Shown here: positions 18,425 to 26,601 of the stretch, one piece after another
Numbering within the stretch: position 1 is the stretch's first letter
Layout of the letters: the number at the start of each line of letters is the position of its first letter
Origin: Candidatus Uhrbacteria bacterium
GTDB lineage: Bacteria > Patescibacteriota > Patescibacteriia > UBA9934
DNA length: 64,000 nt
Reading direction: 5' to 3'
NCBI GenBank assembly: GCA_943354605.1
Contig: CALRCK010000002.1
Coordinates: 71,186 to 135,185, forward strand
Program-made: the position numbers and the translations under genes
The notes under the pieces: model-generated
What the model saw: only the letters and a program-made list of their open reading frames with translations
Databases searched by the model: none
What the model was told of the DNA's origin: nothing

Positions 18425-18545
18425 AAATTGATTTCGAAAATACACGATTGTCGATCGTAAACGGCGCTATCAGCGACCTTGCGCATCGCCAAAATCGACC
18501 AGCGTTTCCTTAATGCAACTCAGTTGCGTTTACAAAACACCCTGT
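18425..18545 (+). repeat. R5 repeat (~120 bp) shared with 29400-29525 in inverse orientation
   Basis: ATCGCCAAAATCGACCAGCGTTTCCTTAATGCAACTCAGTTGCG matches the reverse complement of TTCTTAACGCAACTCATTTGCATTAAGAAAACGCTGGTCGATTTTGCCGAT. Flanking segments are ~70% similar. Confidence 0.55.
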
Positions 18546-18690
18546 TTGAAATCAAATACCCCCAACTCTCCCCGCCCAACTCAGGCTGGTCGAGCGTCGC
18601 CGATGATGCGTCGTGTCGTCGCTTCCGTCACGTCAATCCAAGATTCACCTCCCTCCAACTCCCTCCTTCGTAAGGAGGGAGAGGTATCAC

Positions 18691-19335
18691 CTAATCCTCA
18701 TCATGCATGAACTGGTGCCGACGGCGGGTGCGTTCTGCGGCAATCAGGAGATAGCCAGCTCCGCCAAGTAATCCAAGCGCGAGGCCGGAGAAACCGTTAA
18801 TCAACAAGTTCGGTCGAACTGGGTATCGCGAGTTCAGTGGCTCATCCACAACCTGCACGGTGATGTTCCCGCCAGACGTATACGTCCAACCCTCCGTGGT
18901 GAGCACATACGCAACCGCTTGCGCAATTTGCTCTGCTTGCTGCACGTCTGGATGATACGCGGTAATGGAAAGCGATCCGCTGCTCCGCGACACTTCGGCG
19001 GTTACCGTCTTCTCCCACTGATCCCGAAGCTTGATGGCATCATCAGGAAAATAGGTTGGATCAATGTCGTACCCCGATGCCATCACCTTATCGAAGAACG
19101 TTGAGTAATACACCGCGCTCGCAAGTCCGTCGGCAATACGTTCCGCAGAACGGCTCGCCGTATATGCATCAACCGCGCCAAGTTCTTGGGTAATAAGAAT
19201 CTGCGTCGTTGAGCTGTATTCCAGTGGACGCAAAAACGACAACCCAACCGCAAGCGCCATGCCAATAACACCCGAAAGAAGGATGGTTACCCATCCGCTT
19301 AATAACGGCGTGAGCTGTGCGTATCGATATGCCAT
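18691..19335 (-). CDS. Wzz/YveK-like polysaccharide chain-length-determinant-type protein (two TM helices flanking a periplasmic domain)
   Basis: ATG at 19335 (MAYRYAQLTPLLSGWVTILLSGVIGMALAV...). C-terminal TM GFSGLALGLLGGAGYLLIAAERTRRR. Assignment is from topology only. Confidence 0.45.
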   Translation of the reverse strand: MAYRYAQLTPLLSGWVTILLSGVIGMALAVGLSFLRPLEYSSTTQILITQELGAVDAYTASRSAERIADGLASAVYYSTFFDKVMASGYDIDPTYFPDDAIKLRDQWEKTVTAEVSRSSGSLSITAYHPDVQQAEQIAQAVAYVLTTEGWTYTSGGNITVQVVDEPLNSRYPVRPNLLINGFSGLALGLLGGAGYLLIAAERTRRRHQFMHDED

Positions 19336-19339
19336 ACGT

Positions 19340-20482
19340 TTAGTATACCAGGGTCGATGCATCGCCAAGCGTCACAGAAATGGTCATCGTTTGGCCAGCG
19401 CGCAACACGGTGCAGCGAGCGACATCACCCGGATCGTACAACGCGAGAATTTCTGCAAGCGACGTTGATTCCGTAATTGATTCCCCGTCAACCGCGAGAA
19501 TAATGTCTTTGCTTGCAAAACCCGCCTCTGCCGCAGGCCCGCCACGCACCGTGGCGTGCACCGACGTATCTGGCGAGAATATCAACGCACCGGCGCGAAG
19601 ATTCTGACGAAGTTCGCTGTCAATATTGTACGCGTGAGCAAGATCGATACTATACGCGCCAAACGCCGCAACCGCATCGGCACCCGTCTTCACCACCGAG
19701 CGAATCGCGTGAAGCGCCTGGTGCAATGGCAATGCGTGAACATCACCAGCGCGAACAAATCCCGCAAGCTCGCCCGCCGCATTCACCATTGGCGAGCTCA
19801 ATGGCGCACTCACGCTCGAAAGCAACCAATCAGTTGTGAATGTTTCGGCGTACTGCGCGCCAGCCAACGTTTCTTCATCACTTTGGGCTACCGCCGTGGG
19901 GAACACTCCCCCAAGCGCGTCAACAGCGAACATCATTTCTCCAGAATGCTCGCCATTCGTGGACGCAAAGCCCAACGGCGAAACACCCGTTGCGGTCGTA
20001 TGCAGCATCACCACACTCGTCTGCGCATCACGAACCACGGTTTGCACTGCATATCGCTTCCCGCTCATCCACACTTCAGCATCTTTCAATGGATTCTTCA
20101 CGCTATCAAGAACACTCGCGTCAATCGCAACCCATCCGTCGTCGCTCACAATCGCGCCGTATCCGAGCGCAGATTCGTCACGAAGCCAGCTCTTTGCCGC
20201 AAAGCTGTCCGTGGTTGCCGGCATCACGGCTGCAACACCAGTTCGTGCACTTCCTCGAACACGCGACAGTGCTTCCTCATACGTTCCGGGGATTGGCGTG
20301 GGCTGTTGTGTGGAGACTTGCGGTAAACGACGATCCGCCAACAGCGATGCTGCGTAGTCATCGAGCGACCGCGACGTCCATACCGCGGTAACAACACCCG
20401 CACCAGCGCCAGCAACAATCGCGAGAAGAAGAGATCGACCAATTCCCCACCACCAGCCCGAAGAAGTTTGCGATGTCGTCAT
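19340..20482 (-). CDS. HtrA/DegP-like trypsin-fold serine protease with C-terminal PDZ domain, membrane-anchored
   Basis: ORF runs to 20665. Likely ATG at 20482 (MTTSQTSSGWWWGIGRSLLLAIVAGAG). PDZ-like DIILAVDGESITESTSLAEILALYDPGDVARCTVLRAGQ. Confidence 0.7.
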   Translation of the reverse strand: MTTSQTSSGWWWGIGRSLLLAIVAGAGAGVVTAVWTSRSLDDYAASLLADRRLPQVSTQQPTPIPGTYEEALSRVRGSARTGVAAVMPATTDSFAAKSWLRDESALGYGAIVSDDGWVAIDASVLDSVKNPLKDAEVWMSGKRYAVQTVVRDAQTSVVMLHTTATGVSPLGFASTNGEHSGEMMFAVDALGGVFPTAVAQSDEETLAGAQYAETFTTDWLLSSVSAPLSSPMVNAAGELAGFVRAGDVHALPLHQALHAIRSVVKTGADAVAAFGAYSIDLAHAYNIDSELRQNLRAGALIFSPDTSVHATVRGGPAAEAGFASKDIILAVDGESITESTSLAEILALYDPGDVARCTVLRAGQTMTISVTLGDASTLVY

Positions 20483-20490
20483 AAAAAAAA

Positions 20491-21255
20491 TTAGAGCCAG
20501 CGGGCAGATCCCAAAATAATCATCAGCAGCACTCCGGCAAACGCCAACGTCCGTAGCACCATCGTTTTCGATAACCGCTCCAACACATTTGCGCGAGACA
20601 ACACGAGGAATGTGTACAAGAGTACTGCGAACGTCGCGGCATTCGTGACGAAACTCGTTGGCCACGTGGAAAGCACGCTATACAGCTCCGCCATGATCAA
20701 TGCGCCCACAATGGCATACGGCCGTCCGGTTTCAAATCCAATTTTACTCACCCAAAACACCGAAACCGTTGCAAGAAGCACCGCAACAAACACCACCACC
20801 ATCGGAATCCACACCGGCAGCAGCAAGAACAATTGAGAGCCGAATGCGCCGCTCGTAAAAAAGAACGCACTCAACACGTACAACACGAGTGACAAATTCT
20901 CGAGTGCATACGCCTGGTACGCACTGGGCAAATGATAAAACGTAAAGACATTTTCCGCGTACAACGCCACGCCAAACGTCACCGTGGTTGCAATAACCCA
21001 TTTACTCACCGGATCCTCAAGAAATGAAAAGAAGATGAGCGACGAAAACCACAACAGCATTGGTGTACCAAGAAACACCCAAAATGCCGGACGGCGAAAT
21101 TCCCACAACAACAAACGCGCAAACGAAAACATGAGAATCGCTGCGGCAGGAAGAAGCGCCTTCATGCCAAAGAACGGCGAATAAATCAGCGACGCGAATG
21201 CCGCGATACTCACGAGGGCAATGCCAAATGGCGTGATGCGATGAACAAGAATCAC
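20491..21255 (-). CDS. Integral membrane protein, hypothetical
   Basis: ORF runs to 21360. GTG at 21255-21253 overlaps the TGA stop of the upstream gene (GTGA coupling). Multiple TM helices. Start uncertain. Confidence 0.45.
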   Translation of the reverse strand: MILVHRITPFGIALVSIAAFASLIYSPFFGMKALLPAAAILMFSFARLLLWEFRRPAFWVFLGTPMLLWFSSLIFFSFLEDPVSKWVIATTVTFGVALYAENVFTFYHLPSAYQAYALENLSLVLYVLSAFFFTSGAFGSQLFLLLPVWIPMVVVFVAVLLATVSVFWVSKIGFETGRPYAIVGALIMAELYSVLSTWPTSFVTNAATFAVLLYTFLVLSRANVLERLSKTMVLRTLAFAGVLLMIILGSARWL

Positions 21256-21653
21256 AGAGCAAACCAAGAATACTGTGCGTGAAGCGCATTGAATCGCGCC
21301 ATCGCGTCGTCCGTACCTGCAGAACTTCCGTCGGCAAGCTTTCCTAACGCAATAATGCAATCAATATGAAATTGTTGCATCGACGACGGCACGTGGAGCG
21401 CGATGAGCGCGTTGTACGCCTCGGTGGGATTCTGATTCGTGTCGTATGTTGCAAAGATCGACGTCACCGCAGACTTGTATCCGTCTTCCGTCACAACAGA
21501 AGCTGTCGATGACGCGTCGTCTCCTCCGCCCTGTATGAACGCCGCAAAGTCTCCGGGGCGGAACTTCGCATAAAACGCGATTGCAAGAACAATCGTTAAC
21601 CCAGCAACAATCACCGGGAACCAATTACGCTGCGATGACATGTCTTCGTTCAT
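21252..21653 (-). CDS. Small membrane-anchored hypothetical protein
   Basis: 133 aa, N-terminal TM helix. Its ATGA-type overlap with the upstream AI-2E gene (21650-21653) suggests co-transcription. Confidence 0.4.
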   Translation of the reverse strand: MNEDMSSQRNWFPVIVAGLTIVLAIAFYAKFRPGDFAAFIQGGGDDASSTASVVTEDGYKSAVTSIFATYDTNQNPTEAYNALIALHVPSSMQQFHIDCIIALGKLADGSSAGTDDAMARFNALHAQYSWFAL

Positions 21654-22711
21654 AAAATATCGTTAACACGTTCTTTTCGATGAAAAATATCATCCATAAA
21701 CACGAGAATCGCCATAGAAAGCGGAATGGAAAGAACAGCACCAACAATACCGCCCACACGCCAACCAATCAACACCGCAAGCACACTCACAATAGGATTG
21801 ATACCCGCAACTTTCTGCATGATTTTTGGCACAAGAATATTTCCTTCAATCTGTTGAATGACGAGATATGCGAATGCCGTGAGCAACGCATGCACTGGCG
21901 ACACCGCAAGTGCAAGAACAATTGCGGGAATTGCAGACACCATCGGACCAACAAACGGGATAATTTCAAGCAAACCAGCGAAGAGTGCAAGAACGAGCGC
22001 GTATGGAATGCCAAGAATCGAGAGCGCACCGTAAATCAGCACAAAAATCGATCCCATGAGCGCGAGTTGACCACGAAGCCATACACCCATTTGTTCACGA
22101 GCCTTCAGCGCAATGTGCATCACAAACGGCTGATACTCCGGTGGAGCAACGATACCAATGCCACGAATCATCTCGTTTTTCTCAACAACGAAGTAAAACG
22201 CGAGGATCAACACCACACCAACACTCAATGCAACGTCGAATGCCGACGATCCGAACGCAGCAATCTTTGGAAGCGCTCCAGCAACACCGCTGTCGCGAAT
22301 GGACGACACAATTTCGCCGACGTTTGAACTCCATGTGCCAGCAAGAAACGCATCCACCTGAAGCCATCCATTCGCACCAGCAACAAACGGTGAGAGTGCC
22401 GTCGCGAGTTCACTTAATTCTGTGAGCAATGGCGGGACAATAAGGAGCACGACAAGGACGAAAAATGAGAAGCCGAGCAAATACACGACGAGCACCGCGA
22501 GCGCGCGAGGAATTTTCCATCGCGTAAAAATATCCGCGAACGGATCGATAAGCGTTGCAAGAAATACCGCAACGAGCGTCATCGCTACCACGTCGCGAAT
22601 CATGTACAAAAACGCCGCAACCGCCGCAATAATCAACACCCGGAACATGGTTCCGCTCGAAATGGCAATCGATTTTACGCCTGAAACACCCTCAGCTTTC
22701 CGTGTAGTCAT
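21650..22711 (-). CDS. AI-2E family transporter (PerM/YdiK/TqsA-like permease)
   Basis: 353 aa. Motifs LIDPFADIFTRWKIPRALAVLVVYL and C-terminal GGIVGAVLSIPL are typical of the AI-2E family. An internal ATG at 22648 is an alternative start. Confidence 0.75.
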   Translation of the reverse strand: MTTRKAEGVSGVKSIAISSGTMFRVLIIAAVAAFLYMIRDVVAMTLVAVFLATLIDPFADIFTRWKIPRALAVLVVYLLGFSFFVLVVLLIVPPLLTELSELATALSPFVAGANGWLQVDAFLAGTWSSNVGEIVSSIRDSGVAGALPKIAAFGSSAFDVALSVGVVLILAFYFVVEKNEMIRGIGIVAPPEYQPFVMHIALKAREQMGVWLRGQLALMGSIFVLIYGALSILGIPYALVLALFAGLLEIIPFVGPMVSAIPAIVLALAVSPVHALLTAFAYLVIQQIEGNILVPKIMQKVAGINPIVSVLAVLIGWRVGGIVGAVLSIPLSMAILVFMDDIFHRKERVNDIL

Positions 22712-22747
22712 AAATCACCATTAGTGTATCATGATTCAAGCGTCATT

Positions 22748-22835
22748 ATCCGTCCAAAAATCATATTCAGTCATTCTGAGCGAAGCGAAGAATCTCGTGT
22801 AGGTTATCCGGATCACCTGCGAGAGATCCTTCACT
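22748..22835. repeat. R2 palindromic element, copy 2
   Basis: GTCATTCTGAGCGAAGCGAAGAATCTC...GAGAGATCCTTCACTTCGTTCAGGATGAC. Confidence 0.65.
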
Positions 22836-22871
22836 TCGTTCAGGATGACTCAAGCGGATGCAACTATTCAT

Positions 22872-23309
22872 ATGTCTCTAGCCCAGAATAAAAAAGCCTT
22901 CCACGATTACGAGATCCTCGAGAAATTCGAGGCAGGCTTAGTGCTCACTGGCGCAGAAACAAAAGCCGCGAAAGCTGGAAGTGTAAACTTGAAAGGCGCG
23001 TTCGTGACGGTGCGCGCCGACGAAGCGTACATCACGAACATGCACATTGGGCAATACGCAAAAGCACCGGTAAAAGATTCTGATGATCCTACCCGCACTC
23101 GCAAGCTGCTCCTGCACAAACGCCAGATCAATTATCTGCGAGCAAAGCGCGAAGCGGATCGCCTCACCATTATCCCGCTTGCCCTCTTTGTTACCCGAAA
23201 CAGAGTAAAACTCGAGATTGCACTGGCACGAGGAAAACGCAAATACGAGAAACGCGACACCATCAAGAAGCGCGACCTCGATCGGGCGATGCAGCGCGAT
23301 CTTGAGTAA
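22872..23309 (+). CDS. smpB: SsrA-binding protein SmpB
   Basis: MSLAQNKKAFHDYEILEKFEAGLVLTGAETKA... is the canonical SmpB N-terminus. The ORF is listed from 22845; ATG 22872 is preferred. Confidence 0.9.
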   Translation: MSLAQNKKAFHDYEILEKFEAGLVLTGAETKAAKAGSVNLKGAFVTVRADEAYITNMHIGQYAKAPVKDSDDPTRTRKLLLHKRQINYLRAKREADRLTIIPLALFVTRNRVKLEIALARGKRKYEKRDTIKKRDLDRAMQRDLE

Positions 23310-23347
23310 TCGTTTACAAACGATCAAAAAAATGCTAATATTTGCGC

Positions 23348-23746
23348 GGGCCTGACGGGCTTCGATGCTCTTCGGATCCTCACAAATCACGCCGGAAGGG
23401 CACCATATTCCGAAATCCCGTGGTGCAACGAGATACTTGCAAACGCATTCTCAAAGGTGAAGGCAGCTATCGCTTCGGCGTTCAGCGTTCCTTCATTCTC
23501 ATTGGTTACCGCCTAAGGGCCGCAACCCATCCACTTCGCAATGCCTCATAGCGGATGTTGGGTGCAATATTATGAGACTATAGGCGTTCTCTTGTTCGCT
23601 CAGAGAACGTAACCCGTTGCAGCGAAATCGTTATGATGATTCTTGTTCCGTCTTATCGTCATGCCGTATCCGACGGAACTGCGCGTGGAATAAATTTGTT
23701 TGGTGATGTGGGGTAGACGGGAGTTCAACTCTCCCCAGGTCCACCA
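23348..23746 (+). ncRNA. ssrA: tmRNA (ssrA)
   Basis: Lies directly downstream of smpB. The 5' GGGCCUG pairs with the 3' CAGGUCC-A-CCA to give a 7-bp acceptor stem with G3·U70 (alanine identity). T-arm GGGAGTTCAACTCTCCC. 5' region GGGCCTGACGGGCTTCGATG resembles the tmRNA consensus. The tag reading frame was not resolved. Confidence 0.75.
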
Positions 23747-23777
23747 GAAAACCCCGTAATTTCGTCCAGGACGTTGT

Positions 23778-23872
23778 CAGAAAACTCCGCGTTGCCTCAA
23801 CGTACCACGACGTACGTCTCGGCGACTGCTCGTTTTCTTCCTAGTCCTGAACAAAATTACGGGGTTTTCTCA
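23778..23872 (-). repeat. R1 palindromic element, copy d (degenerate), between tmRNA and the infC start
   Basis: ...GCCTCAACGTACCACGACGTACGTCTCGGCGACTGCTCG... Confidence 0.5.
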
Positions 23873-23947
23873 TCATATCGCTCCCATCAGCTCCTTCCCT
23901 TTTTTCGAATCTTAAGCTATCCTTTCAGCAACTTTAACCCTACTGCC

Positions 23948-24505
23948 ATGCGCATTCACCGCCATCGTCGGTTCCAGAAACCGAAGTTCGAAATTCAGGA
24001 ATATAAGGCAAACCACAATATTCTCGCCCCGGAAGTGCGAGTTATTGACGACGAAGGCGCCGCACTCGGTGTAATGACGACCACGAAGGCGATTAGCCTT
24101 GCCCAGGAGAAAGGCATGGATCTTATTGAGGTTTCGCCATTGGCCGAGCCACCAGTCTGTAAGTTTGCCGACTACAGCCACTTCAAATACCAAAAGGAAA
24201 AGGAGATGCGAAAGCAGCGCGCCCAAAGCAAAGAGGTGGAAATCAAGGGTATTCGCCTTTCCATGCGCATCGGCTCCGGCGACCTGCAGATCCGCGTGGA
24301 ACAGGCCGCGAAATTCTTTGAACAAGGCGATAAAGTAAAAGTGGAAATGATCCTTCGTGGCCGCGAACGCGCCCATGGCGACGTGGCTCGAGCCGTCTTT
24401 GATGAATTTGTGAAGCAGCTCGGAACCCATTACCCAATTCGCGTTGAAAGCCCATTAAAGGCCGTGGACGGAAGGATGAACATGATTTTAGCTCGACAGA
24501 CCTAA
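23948..24505 (+). CDS. infC: Translation initiation factor IF-3
   Basis: From ATG 23948: MRIHRHRRFQ...NHNILAPEVRVIDDEGAALGVMTTTKAISLAQEKGMDLIEVSPLAEPPVCKF... The listed ORF 23774-24505 extends upstream through the R1 copy. Confidence 0.85.
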   Translation: MRIHRHRRFQKPKFEIQEYKANHNILAPEVRVIDDEGAALGVMTTTKAISLAQEKGMDLIEVSPLAEPPVCKFADYSHFKYQKEKEMRKQRAQSKEVEIKGIRLSMRIGSGDLQIRVEQAAKFFEQGDKVKVEMILRGRERAHGDVARAVFDEFVKQLGTHYPIRVESPLKAVDGRMNMILARQT

Positions 24506-24575
24506 AATCTTCCCCACTTGTCCTTGACCGAACGCCAGTTTTCCACTAACCTTCGCACATCTTAGAAACACCAGT

Positions 24576-24776
24576 ATGGCAATGAAGACCCACAAAGCGA
24601 TGTCCAAGCGCGTTCGAATCACCCGAACGGGCAAAGTCGTGAAGCGAAAAGCTGGCCAAGGCCACTTCAATTCCCGCGAATCCGGCAACACCACGCGCAA
24701 CAAGCGCACCGACGTCTCCTTTGGCGTCACCATCCGTCGCGCCCTTAAAGCGATGATGCCATATAACTTGACCTAA
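24576..24776 (+). CDS. rpmI: 50S ribosomal protein L35
   Basis: MAMKTHKAMSKRVRITRTGKVVKRKAGQGHFNSRESG... Confidence 0.9.
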   Translation: MAMKTHKAMSKRVRITRTGKVVKRKAGQGHFNSRESGNTTRNKRTDVSFGVTIRRALKAMMPYNLT

Positions 24777-24782
24777 AAAACT

Positions 24783-24892
24783 TCGCTCTTTGGCCGATTT
24801 TCGACTCAGATCATCGGAAACTTCCTCAACGTACATATGAGGTACGCCTCGGAAGCTTTCCTCGATCTTCGTCGAAACTCGTCTCAAATATC
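24783..24892 (-). repeat. R1 palindromic element, copy e, in the rpmI-rplT spacer
   Basis: TTTGGCCGATTTTCGACTCAGATCATCGGAAACTTCCTCAACGTACATATGAGGTACGCCTCGGAAGC... Confidence 0.6.
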
Positions 24893-24915
24893 AAAGTTTT
24901 TATCAATTCTCTCCT

Positions 24916-25260
24916 ATGCCACGCGTCAAACGAGGTACCCAACACACAAAACGCCGAAAGAACCTGCTTGCTCGCGTAAAAGGCTATAAGTGGGGCCGCA
25001 AGAGCAAGATCCGTCTTGCCCGCCCGGCAATGCTCAAGGCTGGTGTATACGCATTCCGCGACCGCCGTGCCAAGAAGCGCACCTTCCGCGCCCTTTGGAC
25101 GGTAAAGATCAACGCAGCAGTGCACGAACTCGGCCTGAGCTACTCCCGGCTCATCAACATGCTCAAGGTGTCCAATATCGCCATCGACCGCAAGATTCTT
25201 GCCCAGGTTGCAGAAAAGCACCCAGAAGTGTTCGCAAAGATTGTTGCAGCAGCAAAATAA
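24916..25260 (+). CDS. rplT: 50S ribosomal protein L20
   Basis: MPRVKRGTQHTKRRKNLLARVKGYKWGRKSKIRLARPAMLKAGVYAFRDRRAKKR... Confidence 0.9.
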   Translation: MPRVKRGTQHTKRRKNLLARVKGYKWGRKSKIRLARPAMLKAGVYAFRDRRAKKRTFRALWTVKINAAVHELGLSYSRLINMLKVSNIAIDRKILAQVAEKHPEVFAKIVAAAK

Positions 25261-25264
25261 GCCC

Positions 25265-25300
25265 AAAAATCACCCCCGAACCGTCGGAGGTGATTTTTTG
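25265..25300 (+). terminator. Rho-independent terminator after rplT (AAAAATCACCCCCGAACCGTCGGAGGTGATTTTTT)
   Basis: GC-rich inverted repeat followed by a T-run. Confidence 0.65.
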
Positions 25301-25474
25301 TTCATTGAATATTGACTTTTCCGCGTATTTCTGATATCCTTTCACGTCATGCGAAATTGTGTGAGTCCGGGTTTTTGAACGGCGAAGTTCCCTTCGCCCT
25401 TCCAAGCCCCGGATTCCCGGGCACCGCCGCAAACCAGCCACTCGGCTGACCGGCACCCCTCCCTGGAGACTCGC

Positions 25475-25993
25475 ATGAAGCGCCTCGTTCTGTCCCTCGC
25501 CCTCATCGCCGCCGGCTGCGCCAACACGCAGTCCGGCTCCACCTCCACCACCAGCCCCCTCGCCGCGACCTGCGACGTGCCGGCGGACACCACGCTCAGC
25601 ACGTTCAACGCGGACGGCACCTTCCCGGTGACCGGTCGCGGCGTCTCGGCCGACGGCTCCATGGCGGTCAACCTGTGCGACGGCCCCGTGTTCCGGGTGC
25701 TGTTCGTGGAGGGCATGATCGCGGGCGACGCCGCCCAGCACCAGGGCGGCCTCTTCACCGACGGCCAGAACCACCTGGTGCACCACGACGACCTGATCAC
25801 CACCTCCACGACCCCGGTCGCGGCGGACGGTGGTCTCGACGGCGTGAAGGTGACCTGCTTCAAGGGGGTCAACTGCAAGGACGCCCCCGACGAGCCGGCC
25901 CCGGCCGCCGAGGACGCCGTCAGCAACACGCCCGCCGCCCAGGCCGCCGAGCCGCAGGCCGCCACCACGGTCGCGCCCCCGCCGCACCCGTAG
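25475..25993 (+). CDS. High-GC lipoprotein, hypothetical
   Basis: ATG preceded by CTGGAGACTCGC. Lipobox LIAAGC. GC ~70%, unlike its flanks. Confidence 0.65.
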   Translation: MKRLVLSLALIAAGCANTQSGSTSTTSPLAATCDVPADTTLSTFNADGTFPVTGRGVSADGSMAVNLCDGPVFRVLFVEGMIAGDAAQHQGGLFTDGQNHLVHHDDLITTSTTPVAADGGLDGVKVTCFKGVNCKDAPDEPAPAAEDAVSNTPAAQAAEPQAATTVAPPPHP

Positions 25994-26134
25994 CAGGGAC
26001 ACGACGCCACCGGTAGTTTTCCAACGCGGCAGCTACCACGCGATGCCCGACTCCCCCACCATAGGGAGCCGGGCATCTGCAATTTTAGAAATACTTTTCA
26101 AAAGAAAAAGTCCTCACCGAAGTGAGAACCTTTT

Positions 26135-26155
26135 CTGGCGGGACGGACGGGACTC
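26135..26155 (-). repeat. 21-nt direct duplicate of the tRNA-Asp 3' end (TGGCGGGACGGACGGGACTCG), 166 bp from the intact tRNA
   Basis: Identical to 26322-26342 and in the same orientation as the tRNA. Candidate att-site remnant. Confidence 0.6.
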
Positions 26156-26289
26156 GGCCTCGCCTCGAGGGTCGTCGACACTCCCCTCGGGCTGGCCACC
26201 GCCTCGCGATTCCGACTGGTGTCGGAATAACGCTCCGGCGTTCTCGTCCCGACGCGAGCAAAATTGTTTGCTCGCTTCCGCCCGCACAC

Positions 26290-26320
26290 GAAAACACGAC
26301 CCGATGTGGGTCGTGTTTTC
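26290..26320 (-). terminator. Hairpin AAAACACGACCC gatgt GGGTCGTGTTTT immediately 3' of tRNA-Asp
   Basis: 12-bp perfect stem with flanking A/T runs. Confidence 0.6.
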
Positions 26321-26321
26321 G

Positions 26322-26398
26322 TGGCGGGACGGACGGGACTCGAACCCGCAACCTCTGCCGTGACAGGGCAGCGCTCTAACCAGTTGAGCTACCGACCC
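26322..26398 (-). tRNA. tRNA-Asp (GTC), CCA encoded
   Basis: Reverse complement is GGGTCGGTAGCTCAACTGGTTAGAGCGCTGCCCTGTCACGGCAGAGGTTGCGGGTTCGAGTCCCGTCCGTCCCGCCA. Anticodon loop CTGTCAC. T-arm identical to E. coli tRNA-Asp. Acceptor pair 4-69 is U·U. Confidence 0.8.
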
Positions 26399-26412
26399 AG
26401 GGTGAACGTCCC

Positions 26413-26512
26413 TATTTGGGGTATTTTCGGCTTGCTGCGTCAAAAATTTGCTCACCGTACCAAGAAAGTACGCCTCGCAAATTTTCTCCTAGCGCACCGA
26501 AACTACCCGCAA
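26413..26512 (-). repeat. R1 palindromic element, copy f, adjacent to the tRNA-Asp 5' side
   Basis: TATTTTCGGCTTGCTGCGTCAAAAATTTGCTCACCGTACCAAGAAAGTACGCCTCGCAAATTTTCTCCTAGCGCACCGAAACTACC. Confidence 0.6.
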
Positions 26513-26601
26513 ATATGAACGTTCACAGAAATTCCTGAGCGCGAGTATAGTACCACGCAGAATTTTTTTGACAAGGACGGGGACTGTGCGAAAATGCAGA
26601 T

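Noticed and set aside
17819-18690. Searched the 870-bp non-coding region for RNase P RNA, SRP RNA or a riboswitch
   Set aside because: None of the conserved boxes I can recognise by eye (RNase P P4 GGAAAGUCCGG..., SRP GGAAGCAGCC, common riboswitch cores) are present. Left as unexplained non-coding DNA.
26322-26398. Concern that tRNA-Asp is a pseudogene because acceptor pair 4-69 is U·U
   Set aside because: All other stems, the anticodon loop and the T-arm are canonical (the T-arm is identical to E. coli tRNA-Asp). A single acceptor mismatch is tolerated in many tRNAs. Kept as a functional tRNA call with slightly reduced confidence.
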